A stretch of DNA of 64,000 nt from Dehalococcoidia bacterium (lineage in GTDB: Bacteria; Chloroflexota; Dehalococcoidia; Bin125). Within the stretch, counting starts at the first letter, position 1; each line of letters opens with the position of its first letter. The DNA is taken from positions 2,624,001 to 2,688,000 of the forward strand of contig OY820591.1 in the NCBI GenBank assembly GCA_963555985.3, in the 5' to 3' direction. The translations under genes and the position numbers were made by a program. Below are positions 48,342 to 57,843 of this stretch, piece after piece. The notes under the pieces were generated by a model. That model saw only the letters and a program-made list of their open reading frames with translations. It was not told the DNA's origin and made no database searches.

Positions 48342-48922
48342 TCGTTGGCCGTCTCGGCAATCTCGCGATCCAGAGCCTCTAAACGAACTAGTTCGTCCGG
48401 GTCGGCCAGCGCTAGCATCCGCCGGAATTCGTCATCGGTGATTCGACGGTCAAGTACGTCCCAATCGATTCTTGCGTCACGCGCCCAACAGGCGAGCCGC
48501 TCAATCTCGTGCTCGATTCGTTCGCCCCCGAGCCAGGCCTGCATCTGCGCCGCTTCTTCCGCCGACTGTTCGGTGAGCTCGGTAAGCTCGCATTCGCGCC
48601 GTAGCCAATTGCGCTCCTCGAGGGTGGTAATCCACCCTTCCCGATAGGCTTCGCTCACTGCATAGGCCCGCGCAAACACGGCATCTTCTTGCAGATGACG
48701 CAGCAGATCGCAGAGATCGTCCAACTCGTCTTCGGGCAACAACCGCTCCGCCTCCTCGTAGGGCAAGCGACCACACCACGACCAGCGGAAGAGGTTCGGA
48801 CGCCGGTCCCTGATCGACTCGCCGCGTAGAAATGCGGCGTAGAGGGCATCATTCTCCGCGCGCTGAGCGGCGTCAGCAGGATGCTCCATGATCGTCATGC
48901 GCAACCTCTCCTGAGTTACCAA
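48338..48922 (-). CDS. Hypothetical acidic protein, probable antitoxin
   Basis: Stop overlaps the RelE start; acidic C-terminus; start uncertain. Confidence 0.55.
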   Translation of the reverse strand: MVTQERLRMTIMEHPADAAQRAENDALYAAFLRGESIRDRRPNLFRWSWCGRLPYEEAERLLPEDELDDLCDLLRHLQEDAVFARAYAVSEAYREGWITTLEERNWLRRECELTELTEQSAEEAAQMQAWLGGERIEHEIERLACWARDARIDWDVLDRRITDDEFRRMLALADPDELVRLEALDREIAETANE

Positions 48923-48934
48923 CGAACCCCGCCC

Positions 48935-49906
48935 TCAGGCGCAGACTTCGTCGTCCAGCGACCAGCGGTTGTATTCGGGATCAGGCTGATTGGCGAGCTT
49001 CGCGCGGGCGGCGAGCCACATTTGGCGCCACTGACTCGCGTCGGACAAGACCGAATCGGGATCGCGGCGGGAGCGGGCGACGAAGCCCGGGAAGGCTTCG
49101 CGGCCGGTGGGTTGGCCGGGCGGGTGGTAACGCAGGTCGAAGCTCCAGCGGATGCGGTCGCTGAGGTTGGGCAGGGCGGCGTGGACGGTGCGGCGGTGGA
49201 GGAAGAGGCAGCCGCCGGCGGGCAGGGGGACGGCCCGTCCTGCGCCGCCGGCGGGCAGGATGCTCTGGGGGATGTTGAGTCCCTGGACGCCGGAGCAGTG
49301 GGTCAGCACTTCGCCTCGGTGCGAGCCGGGGATGACCTGGAGGCAGCCGTTCTGCGCATCGGTGTCCATTAGCGGGAACCAGACGGTGAGCATGTCAGTG
49401 TCGTCGGCGGAGGCGTTGACCACGCCGGCGTCCTGGTGCCAGGGGGTGGCTCCGTAGATCACGTTGCCGTCGGCGTCGCGCGGGGCGATCGACTCCGGCA
49501 CCTTCACCCGTACGTGCTGCACGGGATTCGAGTAGATCTCGGGACCGATGAAGCACTCCACAGTGTCCAGCAGTGAGGGATTGGTGAGCGCGCGGAAGAC
49601 CGCCGGGCCCGCCCAGAACGGGGTATCCGCCTTGATTCCCCGCTGGGGCAGGGAGAAGTCGAAGTACTGGGCGTACACCTTCTGCGATTCGACGTAGACC
49701 TGCGACACCCGCTCTCCGAAGGGCAGGTTGTCGTAGGCGTCGGAGAGCGCGTCCTGCCGGTGCAACTCGTGCGCGAGCGTATCGAGCACGCCCGCGTACT
49801 CAGCCATGACCGGAGCGATGACCTCAGCAGGGTCGAACACGTCCTCAACCGCGAGAAAGCCGAAGGTCTCGAAGTGATCGAGCTGTTCTGCGGTCAGGGA
49901 CAGCAT
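48935..49906 (-). CDS. Phytanoyl-CoA dioxygenase (PhyH) family Fe/2OG oxygenase
   Basis: PWHQD, NGCLQVIPGSH, VHAALPN…R.S. Confidence 0.92.
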   Translation of the reverse strand: MLSLTAEQLDHFETFGFLAVEDVFDPAEVIAPVMAEYAGVLDTLAHELHRQDALSDAYDNLPFGERVSQVYVESQKVYAQYFDFSLPQRGIKADTPFWAGPAVFRALTNPSLLDTVECFIGPEIYSNPVQHVRVKVPESIAPRDADGNVIYGATPWHQDAGVVNASADDTDMLTVWFPLMDTDAQNGCLQVIPGSHRGEVLTHCSGVQGLNIPQSILPAGGAGRAVPLPAGGCLFLHRRTVHAALPNLSDRIRWSFDLRYHPPGQPTGREAFPGFVARSRRDPDSVLSDASQWRQMWLAARAKLANQPDPEYNRWSLDDEVCA

Positions 49907-49920
49907 ATTCGCTCCGTGGG

Positions 49921-50007
49921 TGGACGGTTTTGGACGAATCCGGACGATTCTGGACGGATACGAGCGGAATTTGGGCGGGGAACCCGCATTCCGCTCGCAT
50001 CCGTTCG
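49921..50007. repeat. Decamer repeats plus ~20-bp hairpin downstream of SBP paralogue 1
   Basis: tggacggatacgagcggaat … attccgctcgcatccgttcg; homologous element at 52181-52258. Confidence 0.6.
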
Positions 50008-50012
50008 GGCGG

Positions 50013-51956
50013 CTAGGCCGTCTTCAGCTTCTGGATCGCGGTCAGGCTGCCCTCGCCGCGAAGCTCGGCTGGGCCGACCGGCCAATTGATGTTGGCCGCC
50101 GTGGCCGACGCTGAGGAGACCTCGGTCAGGAAGATCCACGAGAAGTTGTCGTAGAAGGTGACGTAGAAGTCTTCGAGCAATGCGGCACGTTCGCCCGGAT
50201 CCATTGCCTGGTTCTGCGCGATGTACAGCTCCTGGATCTCGGTCTCGGGGTAAACGGAGACGGCGTAGAAGCCTTCCTCGTTGATCTCGGAGCCGATCAC
50301 CGTCTCCGGCTCGGCGATGCTGTTGGTGAAGAACCAGAACAGGCCGGGCTTGGAGAAGGTACGCACTTCGGCGAAGTACTCGCTGGAGAGGTACTCGACG
50401 ATCTTGGTGCGGATACCGACCGCCTCGAGGTCCTCCTGAATGACCAGTGCCATGGTCGGCACGATGACCTGAAAGTCGGTCACGATGTGCAGGTCGACGT
50501 CGATGCCGTCCGGGTAGCCAGCTTCAGCCAACAGAGCCTTGGCGCGCTCCGGGTCGTACCCGTGATAGCGCGATTCAAGCGCGTCCTTGGGGAAGCCGAT
50601 GGTGCCCTTGTAGGGACCGTAGGACGGCTGCTCGGAGCCGGTCAGCAGACCCTCAATGATCGCCTCGCGGTTGATCGCCAGGTTGGCCGCCTCGCGTACG
50701 CGGATGTCGAGGAACGGGTTGGGCACGCCGTCGACCTCGTCCACGTTGTCATGCGTGTTGAACATGATGTGGTGGGTCGGGTTGCCGGCGGGGCCGTAGA
50801 GGATCTTGAAGGCGTCGTTGCCCTCGTAGGGCGCGACGATGTCGGTCGGCAGATTGTAGGCGACGTCGACTTCGCCAGCCTCGATCCCCGCGAGCTGAGC
50901 CAGCGGCTCGGGGCGGATCTTGACGTCAAGGTCCTTGAACCAGGGCAGACGCGGCAGGACGAGGCCGTCGCGGCCGCGCCGGTACTGGTCGTTGCGAGTC
51001 CAGTTGAAGCCGACGTCGGGCGTGTGCGACTGGAACACAAACGGACCGGTCCCCACCGCGTTGACGGTGTCTACGTGCTCGTCGCCGTGCTCCTCCACGT
51101 ACGCCTTGGACATGTGGCGGACGGCGCCGGACATGATCGAACCGGCCAGCGAGGCGTTGGGGGCCGGGGTCTCGACGCGGAAGGTGAGGTCGTCGACGAC
51201 GCTGTAGCTGGCGAAGTTTCCTGTGCCGAACGTACCTCGAGCCGTGCCCCAGCCGTTGGGGTGGTCGCTCGCTTCGCCACCCTGGTGATACTCAGCGTCC
51301 GACGCCACACGCTGGAAGTTGAACTCCAGGTCGCGCGCCGTGTACTGCGAACCGTCGTGGAACAGCGCGTCATCGGTGACGTGCATGATCAGGTTGGTCG
51401 GGTCCACGATCTCGATGCCGGCGACCAGATTGGGTTCCAGCGCGGCGGTCTCTGGGTGGTTCGACATGCCCGACTCGAACGTGCAGGCGCCATTGATGTA
51501 GTTGGTCTGCGACCCGGAACGCTGTGGGTCGAGGCCCGCCGTGTAGCGCGAAGTGGCGACGTAGAGTGTGGCCTCGGTGTCGATCTCGGGCTCTTCCGCC
51601 TCAACGTCTTCCTGAGCCTCATCGCGCTCAATCGCTTCGACCGTGCCCTCTTGGGCCTCCTGCTGCTCGACCTGCTGCGCCTGTTGCTCGGCCTGCTGCT
51701 CCGCTTGTTCCTGCTGCATGGCCTGCTGCTGTTGCTGCTGCTGGACCTGCTGCTCGGCGGCCGGCTGAGGCTGTTCTTGCTGCTGCTCCTGAGGCTCGGC
51801 CTGAACTACGGCCTGCTGGTCGTCATCGTCATCATCGCCGCAGCCGACCAGGGCGAGTCCTGCGGCGCCGACGCCCGCGCGCGAGCTCGCACGCAGCAAG
51901 GCTCGGCGCGAGAGTCGGCGGTGACTCATGCGGGTCCAATAGTTTCGCTTCTGCAT
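50013..51956 (-). CDS. ABC transporter family-5 substrate-binding lipoprotein, Tat-exported (paralogue 1)
   Basis: SRRALL Tat motif, LALVGC lipobox, Q/E-rich linker, VGTGPF, YDPERAK.LL.EAGY. Confidence 0.9.
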   Translation of the reverse strand: MQKRNYWTRMSHRRLSRRALLRASSRAGVGAAGLALVGCGDDDDDDQQAVVQAEPQEQQQEQPQPAAEQQVQQQQQQQAMQQEQAEQQAEQQAQQVEQQEAQEGTVEAIERDEAQEDVEAEEPEIDTEATLYVATSRYTAGLDPQRSGSQTNYINGACTFESGMSNHPETAALEPNLVAGIEIVDPTNLIMHVTDDALFHDGSQYTARDLEFNFQRVASDAEYHQGGEASDHPNGWGTARGTFGTGNFASYSVVDDLTFRVETPAPNASLAGSIMSGAVRHMSKAYVEEHGDEHVDTVNAVGTGPFVFQSHTPDVGFNWTRNDQYRRGRDGLVLPRLPWFKDLDVKIRPEPLAQLAGIEAGEVDVAYNLPTDIVAPYEGNDAFKILYGPAGNPTHHIMFNTHDNVDEVDGVPNPFLDIRVREAANLAINREAIIEGLLTGSEQPSYGPYKGTIGFPKDALESRYHGYDPERAKALLAEAGYPDGIDVDLHIVTDFQVIVPTMALVIQEDLEAVGIRTKIVEYLSSEYFAEVRTFSKPGLFWFFTNSIAEPETVIGSEINEEGFYAVSVYPETEIQELYIAQNQAMDPGERAALLEDFYVTFYDNFSWIFLTEVSSASATAANINWPVGPAELRGEGSLTAIQKLKTA

Positions 51957-52273
51957 TCAGGTACCTCCTGGTGAAAGCACGCATCGGAAGCGTGCTCACA
52001 TGTGTTTGCAAGAGTTTAGACGATCATGGATCGCATCCCCACACGCCAGCTGATTCCAGTCTCCCCCGCACCACCAGCGAGGGGGGGAAGTTGGATTGCA
52101 TCTCGACAGCTTCGGCCAGGATCAAGCAGGCGTAGCAGGGGCCGATCAACACTGAGGGAAGCCGGATTCGCTCCCGGAGATGTTCGGATCTGTTCGAATT
52201 CGGACGGATTTGAGCGGAACGAGGGAGTGAGAGCCGTCGTTCCGCTCGCGTCCGTTCGGGCTGATTCAGGCCG

Positions 52274-54226
52274 CTAGGCCGTCTTCAGTTTCTGGATCTT
52301 GGTCAGCGTGCCTTCGCCGCGCAGCTCGGCCGGACCGACCGGCCAGTTGATGTGCGCTGCGGTAATCGACGCCGCCGAAACCTCGGTGAGGAAGAGCCAA
52401 GAGTAGTTGTCGTAGAACAACGTGTAGAGCTGCTCGATCAACTCTGCGCGCTCCGTCGGCACCATCGCTTGCTTCTGGGCGAGATAGAGCTCGTGAATCT
52501 CGGTCTCCGGGTAAACCGACACGGAGTAGAAGCCGGTCTCGCTAATCTCGGCCCCAATCACCGACTCCGGCTCAGCCGAGGCATTGCTGAAGAAGTAGAA
52601 CATGCCCGGCTTGGAGAAGGTCCGTACCTCGGCGAAGTACTCCGAGCTGAGGTATTCGACGATGGTGGTGCGGATGCCTACGGCCTCCAGATCCTGCTGC
52701 ACGATCAGCGCCATCGTCGGCACGATCACCTGGAAGTCGGTCACGATGTGCAGATCGACGTCGATCCCGTCGGGGTAGCCGGCCTCAGCGAGCAGCTGCT
52801 TGGCTCTTTCGGGGTCGTAGGGGTGTCGGCGCGCCTCCAACGCTTCCTTGGGGAAGCCGATCGTGCCTTTGTAGACGCCGTAGGACGGCTCTTCGACACC
52901 AGTGAGCAACCCTTCGATGATGGCCTCGCGGTTGATCGCGATATTGGCCGCCTCGCGCACGCGGATGTCGAGGAATGGGTTGGGGACGCCGTCGACCTCG
53001 TCCACTGCGTCGTGGGTGTTGAACATGATGTTGTGGGTGGGGTTACCCGACGGCCCATAGAGCACCTTGAACCTGTCATCGCCGTCGTAGGGCGCGACCA
53101 CATCGGTGGGCAGGTTGTAGGCAGCGTCGATCTCGCCGGCTTCGATGCCTGCAATCTGGGCCAGAGGTTCGGGGCGGAGCCGTACGTGCAGGTCCTTGTA
53201 CCAGGCCAAGCGCGGCCCGGCCAGGGCGTCGCGGTCCTTGTGATAGCCCTCGTAGCGGGTGTAGTTGAAGCCGACGTCGGGGAGGTGCTCCTGGAACACG
53301 AACGGCCCGGTCCCCACAGCCTGGACCGTGTCAACGTATTCGTCGCCGTTGGTTTCAACGAATTCCTTCGAATGCTGCACCACGGCACCGCCGGTGATCG
53401 ATGCGACCAGTGAGGCATTCGGGGCCGGGGTCTCGACGGCAATGGAGTAGTCGTCGATCAGACCGTAGCTAGCGAAGTTCTCGGTGCCGAACGTCTGCCG
53501 CGCCGAGCCCCATCCGTTCGGGTGATCGCTGGTCTCGCCGCCCTGGTGATACTCAGCCGCCGATGAGACGCGCTCCCAATTGAACTGGAGGTCGTGCGCC
53601 GTGTACGGCGTGCCGGAATGGAAGTTGATTCCTTGCGCCACGTGGAAGATCAGATTCGTCGGATCGATCAGTTCGACACTCTCGACCAGGTTGGCCTCCA
53701 GCGCAGCCGTTTCGGGATGATTGTTCATCGCGGAGTCGAAGACCGTGGATGAATTGACGTAGTTCGTCTGCGATCCTGAGCGCTGTCCGTCGAGTCCGGC
53801 AGTGTAGCGACCAGTGGCCAGGTTAAGTGTGGCCTCGAGGTCGATTTCGGGTTCGGCCGCCTCAACGTCCTCTTCAGCCTCCTCGCGCTCAATTGCTTCG
53901 ACTGTGCCCTCTTGGGCCTCCTGCTGCTCAACCTGCTGAGCCTGCTGTTCGGCTTGCTGCTCCGCTTGTTCCTGCTGCATCGCCTGCTGCTGCACTTGTT
54001 GTTGCTGCTGCTGCACGGCCTGCTGCTCTTCAGCGGGCTCGGGCTGGGGCTGTTCCTGCTGCTGTTGGACCTGCACGACGGCCTGCTGGTCGTCGTCATC
54101 GTCATCGCCGCAGCCGACCAGCGCGAGTCCGGCCGCGCCGACGCCGGCGCGCGAGCTCGCGCGCAGCAGGGCTCGGCGCGAGAGTCGGCGGTGACTCATG
54201 CGGGTCCAGTAGTTTCGCTTTCTCAC
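52274..54226 (-). CDS. ABC transporter family-5 substrate-binding lipoprotein (paralogue 2)
   Basis: Same architecture as paralogue 1; GTG start with GGAGAAGGA RBS. Confidence 0.9.
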   Translation of the reverse strand: MRKRNYWTRMSHRRLSRRALLRASSRAGVGAAGLALVGCGDDDDDDQQAVVQVQQQQEQPQPEPAEEQQAVQQQQQQVQQQAMQQEQAEQQAEQQAQQVEQQEAQEGTVEAIEREEAEEDVEAAEPEIDLEATLNLATGRYTAGLDGQRSGSQTNYVNSSTVFDSAMNNHPETAALEANLVESVELIDPTNLIFHVAQGINFHSGTPYTAHDLQFNWERVSSAAEYHQGGETSDHPNGWGSARQTFGTENFASYGLIDDYSIAVETPAPNASLVASITGGAVVQHSKEFVETNGDEYVDTVQAVGTGPFVFQEHLPDVGFNYTRYEGYHKDRDALAGPRLAWYKDLHVRLRPEPLAQIAGIEAGEIDAAYNLPTDVVAPYDGDDRFKVLYGPSGNPTHNIMFNTHDAVDEVDGVPNPFLDIRVREAANIAINREAIIEGLLTGVEEPSYGVYKGTIGFPKEALEARRHPYDPERAKQLLAEAGYPDGIDVDLHIVTDFQVIVPTMALIVQQDLEAVGIRTTIVEYLSSEYFAEVRTFSKPGMFYFFSNASAEPESVIGAEISETGFYSVSVYPETEIHELYLAQKQAMVPTERAELIEQLYTLFYDNYSWLFLTEVSAASITAAHINWPVGPAELRGEGTLTKIQKLKTA

Positions 54227-54353
54227 GATCGATCCTTCTCCAGCGAGCGGCATACTCAGCCTGCTCGCCTCTGTTATCGACGAGTCTAGGCAAAACAGAA
54301 TGCGTTTACTGGCGTCATTCGCTCAGCCGGGATTGCGCAATCTTGGCTGCGCC

Positions 54354-55100
54354 CTACTCCAGCGCCAAACCGCGACGGGCTATCTCGGCGGTGACCCGTT
54401 CATGGATCATTCGCGCGTCGGCGAGGGCCTGTTCTGTAAATTCCCGACTCGGCTCTTTGATCGTCGTGTAGCGCGGGTACGACGCCCACGTGCTCAGCTC
54501 TTTGGGATCGGCGATGATCCCGTCGATGTCCCAGGCGGCGGGCACGAGCGGCAGCAATTGCTCCAGGTCGTGCGGGAACGGATAGGTGATCCTGTCCACC
54601 ATCAAGGCCGACTTGATCGCCTTCTCGACCGCCTGCTGCACGTGGTAGCAAACCGCCGACAGTGGCGGCGGACTGAGGGCCAAGCCGGCTTCGGCCATTC
54701 TGAGGTCTTCGTCCGCGCGATGCATGAGTTGAGCGAACTGCTCCATCACCGGGTCTCCTCTGCCGCGGACGTAGAGCGTGCGGCCATCGATCAGGGCGGC
54801 GCGCTCGACCGTGCCGATCACGGTCGCCTGGCGCACGATGTCGGCGGCGGTGCTGATGATGATGTCCCTGGCGAACCCAGTGCACGAGAGTTCGGCGCTG
54901 ATCCGCCGGCTCAACTCCGCGCGTTCCACAGCCTCATCCAGGACGATCAGCAGGTCCACGTCGCTGCGTTCGTCGTAGTCGCCTCGGGCTCGGGAGCCGA
55001 AGAGGATGATCTGCTGCGGATTCCAGCCTTCGACGATGAGCTCGACCATCTCCTGGATGGCCGTGTTCACGTCTTGGCTCGGCGCCAGTTGCGTGGTCAT
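54354..55100 (-). CDS. Fused MNT nucleotidyltransferase-HEPN protein (copy A)
   Basis: FGSRARGDYDERSDVD (GS-X10-DxD); CYHVQQAVEKAIKS…HDL…PRY HEPN signature. Confidence 0.88.
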   Translation of the reverse strand: MTTQLAPSQDVNTAIQEMVELIVEGWNPQQIILFGSRARGDYDERSDVDLLIVLDEAVERAELSRRISAELSCTGFARDIIISTAADIVRQATVIGTVERAALIDGRTLYVRGRGDPVMEQFAQLMHRADEDLRMAEAGLALSPPPLSAVCYHVQQAVEKAIKSALMVDRITYPFPHDLEQLLPLVPAAWDIDGIIADPKELSTWASYPRYTTIKEPSREFTEQALADARMIHERVTAEIARRGLALE

Positions 55101-55154
55101 GACACCGATGGTAGTCAGCGCGGCGGGGATCGACCGAGGTCGCGCAAACTCTCT

Positions 55155-55901
55155 TTACTCCATCGCCAAACCGCGACGGGCTATCTCGGCGGTGACCCGT
55201 TCATGGATCATTCGCGCGTCGGCGAGGGCCCGTTCCGCGAACTCCTGAGTCGGCTCCTTAAGCGTCGTGTAGCGCGGGTACGACGCCCACGTACTTAGCT
55301 CTTTGGGGTCGTCGATGATCCCGTCGATGTCCCAGACGATCGGCACGAGCGACAGCAATCGTTCGAGGTCGTGAACGAACGGGTAGTCAATCCGATCCAC
55401 CATCAAGGCCGACTTGATCGCCTTCTCGACCGCCTGCTGCACGTGGTAGCAGGCCGCCTGCAGGATTGGCGGACTGAGAGTCAGCAGGGCCTCAGCCGCT
55501 CTGAGATCTTCCTCTGCGCGATACATGAGTTGAGCGAATTGCTCCATCACCGGGTCTCCTCTGCCGCGGACATAGAGCGTGCGGCCATCGATCAGGGCGG
55601 CGCGCTCGACCGTGCCGATCACGGTCGCCTGGCGCACGATGTCGGCGGCGGTGCTGATGATGATGTCCCTGGCGAACCCAGTGCACGAGAGTTCGGCGCT
55701 GATCCGCCGGCTCAACTCCGCGCGTTCCGTGGCTTCGTCCAGGACGATCAGCAGGTCGACGTCGCTGCGTTCGTCGTAGTCGCCTCGGGCTCGGGAGCCG
55801 AAGAGGATGATCTGCTGCGGATTCCAGCCTTCGACGATGAGCTCGACCATCTCCTGGATGGCCGTGTTCACGTCTTGGCTCGGCGCCAGTTGCGTGGTCA
55901 T
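55155..55901 (-). CDS. Fused MNT-HEPN protein (copy B)
   Basis: Tandem duplicate of copy A at an 801-bp offset. Confidence 0.88.
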   Translation of the reverse strand: MTTQLAPSQDVNTAIQEMVELIVEGWNPQQIILFGSRARGDYDERSDVDLLIVLDEATERAELSRRISAELSCTGFARDIIISTAADIVRQATVIGTVERAALIDGRTLYVRGRGDPVMEQFAQLMYRAEEDLRAAEALLTLSPPILQAACYHVQQAVEKAIKSALMVDRIDYPFVHDLERLLSLVPIVWDIDGIIDDPKELSTWASYPRYTTLKEPTQEFAERALADARMIHERVTAEIARRGLAME

Positions 55902-55921
55902 GACACCGATGGTAGCCAGCC

Positions 55922-56827
55922 TCAGCCCAGGTTGCGGAGGCGCGGATCGAGCAGGTCGCGCAGCCAGTCGCCGACGAGGTTGCCGCTCAGTGCAACGAGC
56001 ATGAGCGCGAGACCAGGCATCCACATCACCCACCAGGCGTGGGTGAGGTAGTTGCGCGCTTCGGTGATCATCCGTCCCCAGGTGGCCTGTTCGACCGGCG
56101 CGCCCACGCCGAGGAAGCTGAGCGAGGCTTCGGCCACGATCACGATCGGGATTTGCAGGGTCATGATCACGACGATGGTGTTGAAGACGTTGGGCAGCAA
56201 CTGTTTGCGCATAATCCAGAGGCCGCTGCCGCCGGCGGCCATCGAGGCGATCACGAACTCACGCTCCTTGAGCGAGAGCACTTCGGCGCGGACCAAGCGC
56301 GCATAGCCTGCCCAGGTCCAGAACAACAAAATCAGGATCACATTCCAGATTGAAGCGCCGAGGGCGGCGCCAAGCAGGACAGCGAAGACCACAGCCGGCA
56401 GCGCAAGCTGGACATCGACATAGCGCATGAGGAGCTGACCGAGTTTGCCGCTGCGCCAGCCGGCAATCACCCCGACCGTGCTGCCGAAGAGCGCCGCGCC
56501 CGGAACCACGATCGCGACCACAATCAGGGAAACGCGGGCGCCATGCACGATCCGGGTCCAGATGTCGCGCCCGATGTGATCGGTGCCGAGCAGATTCTCG
56601 CTCGTGCCGCCGTCGAACACGGGTCGCTCCAACTTATTGAGCACGTCAGTATCGCCCGGATCGCCGGGGGCGATGATGTCGGCGAAGATCCCGAAGACGA
56701 AAAAGACGAGCATGATCGTCAGGGGAGGTACGAGCAGCAGCGAACGCCGCAGCCTGCGGGGGCGGCGCAGGCGCAAGCGGCGGCGCGGCGCAGGCGCAAT
56801 CGCAGTGTCGGCAATTCGTTCGCTCAC
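55922..56827 (-). CDS. Peptide/nickel ABC permease (DppC-like)
   Basis: LLGTDHIGRD, EASLSFLGVG, NLVGDWLRDLLDPR. Confidence 0.93.
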   Translation of the reverse strand: MSERIADTAIAPAPRRRLRLRRPRRLRRSLLLVPPLTIMLVFFVFGIFADIIAPGDPGDTDVLNKLERPVFDGGTSENLLGTDHIGRDIWTRIVHGARVSLIVVAIVVPGAALFGSTVGVIAGWRSGKLGQLLMRYVDVQLALPAVVFAVLLGAALGASIWNVILILLFWTWAGYARLVRAEVLSLKEREFVIASMAAGGSGLWIMRKQLLPNVFNTIVVIMTLQIPIVIVAEASLSFLGVGAPVEQATWGRMITEARNYLTHAWWVMWMPGLALMLVALSGNLVGDWLRDLLDPRLRNLG

Positions 56828-56829
56828 GA

Positions 56830-57762
56830 TCAGAGCTCCGCTGCCTGGATTCGCGGGTCGATGAATCGGTACGAGATGTCAACCAGCAGGTTGCCCATCG
56901 CAATCGAGAGCGCGATCACGGCGACGCCCGCCTGCACCGTGGGGAAGTCATCCTTCAGAATCGACTCAATCATCAGCCTGCCCAGTCCGGGCCAGGAGAA
57001 CACGACCTCGATGATCACCGACCCGGCGATCAACGTGCCCAGTTCCAGCCCGAGAATGGTCGCGACCGGAATCATCGCGTGGCGCAGGGCGTGGCGAACG
57101 ATCACGGTTCGCTCGTTGAGTCCTTTGGCCCGCGCCGTGCGGATGAAATCGGTATTCATCACGTCGATCATGCCCGAGCGAGTGAGGCGCATGAAGCCGG
57201 CGGCCGACAGCAAGCCCAGCGAAATCGCAGGCAGAACCAGGGCGCGGAAGCCCTCCGATCCGGCAGTGGGGAACCAGTCGACACGCACGGCCAGGAAGAA
57301 GATCAGCATCAAGCCCAACCAAAAGCTGGGCGTCGCCTGACCAAAGACTGCGATCAGGCGAGCGAGCCAGTCATACGGCGAACCGCGCGCGAGCGCGGCC
57401 AAGATTCCCAGCGGAATGCCTAACCCAATCGCGACCACCAACCCTGCCGCCGTGAGCTTGACGGTCGGCAGGATTTTATCGGCGACGATATCGATCGCAG
57501 CGCCGGCCCGAATGAAGGAATAGCCCAGATCGCCTTGCACGGCGTCCTTCAGGAAGATGCCGTACTGGGTGTAGAGCGGCTTGTCGATGCCCAGACGCTC
57601 GCGGACCTTTTCGTAATCCGCCTCCGTCGTGTCGAAGGGAGGCAGCAGCGCAGCCTCGGGATTGCCGAAGATTCTGGCGACGACAAACACGATGCTGACC
57701 ACGACCCAGATGACGAAGATCGTCTGAATCAGCCGGATTATCAGCAGGCTGGCGAACTGCAT
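56830..57762 (-). CDS. Peptide/nickel ABC permease (DppB-like)
   Basis: GDLGYS, PSFWLG, TARAKGL, FSWPGLG, IDPRI. Confidence 0.93.
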   Translation of the reverse strand: MQFASLLIIRLIQTIFVIWVVVSIVFVVARIFGNPEAALLPPFDTTEADYEKVRERLGIDKPLYTQYGIFLKDAVQGDLGYSFIRAGAAIDIVADKILPTVKLTAAGLVVAIGLGIPLGILAALARGSPYDWLARLIAVFGQATPSFWLGLMLIFFLAVRVDWFPTAGSEGFRALVLPAISLGLLSAAGFMRLTRSGMIDVMNTDFIRTARAKGLNERTVIVRHALRHAMIPVATILGLELGTLIAGSVIIEVVFSWPGLGRLMIESILKDDFPTVQAGVAVIALSIAMGNLLVDISYRFIDPRIQAAEL

Positions 57763-57843
57763 CGCGGGTCCCCTGGTGCCTCCGTCACGGTCGGCGGCGT
57801 CAATGGCGGCATTCTAGCCAGACGCAGCGAGTGGATGCAGTCC

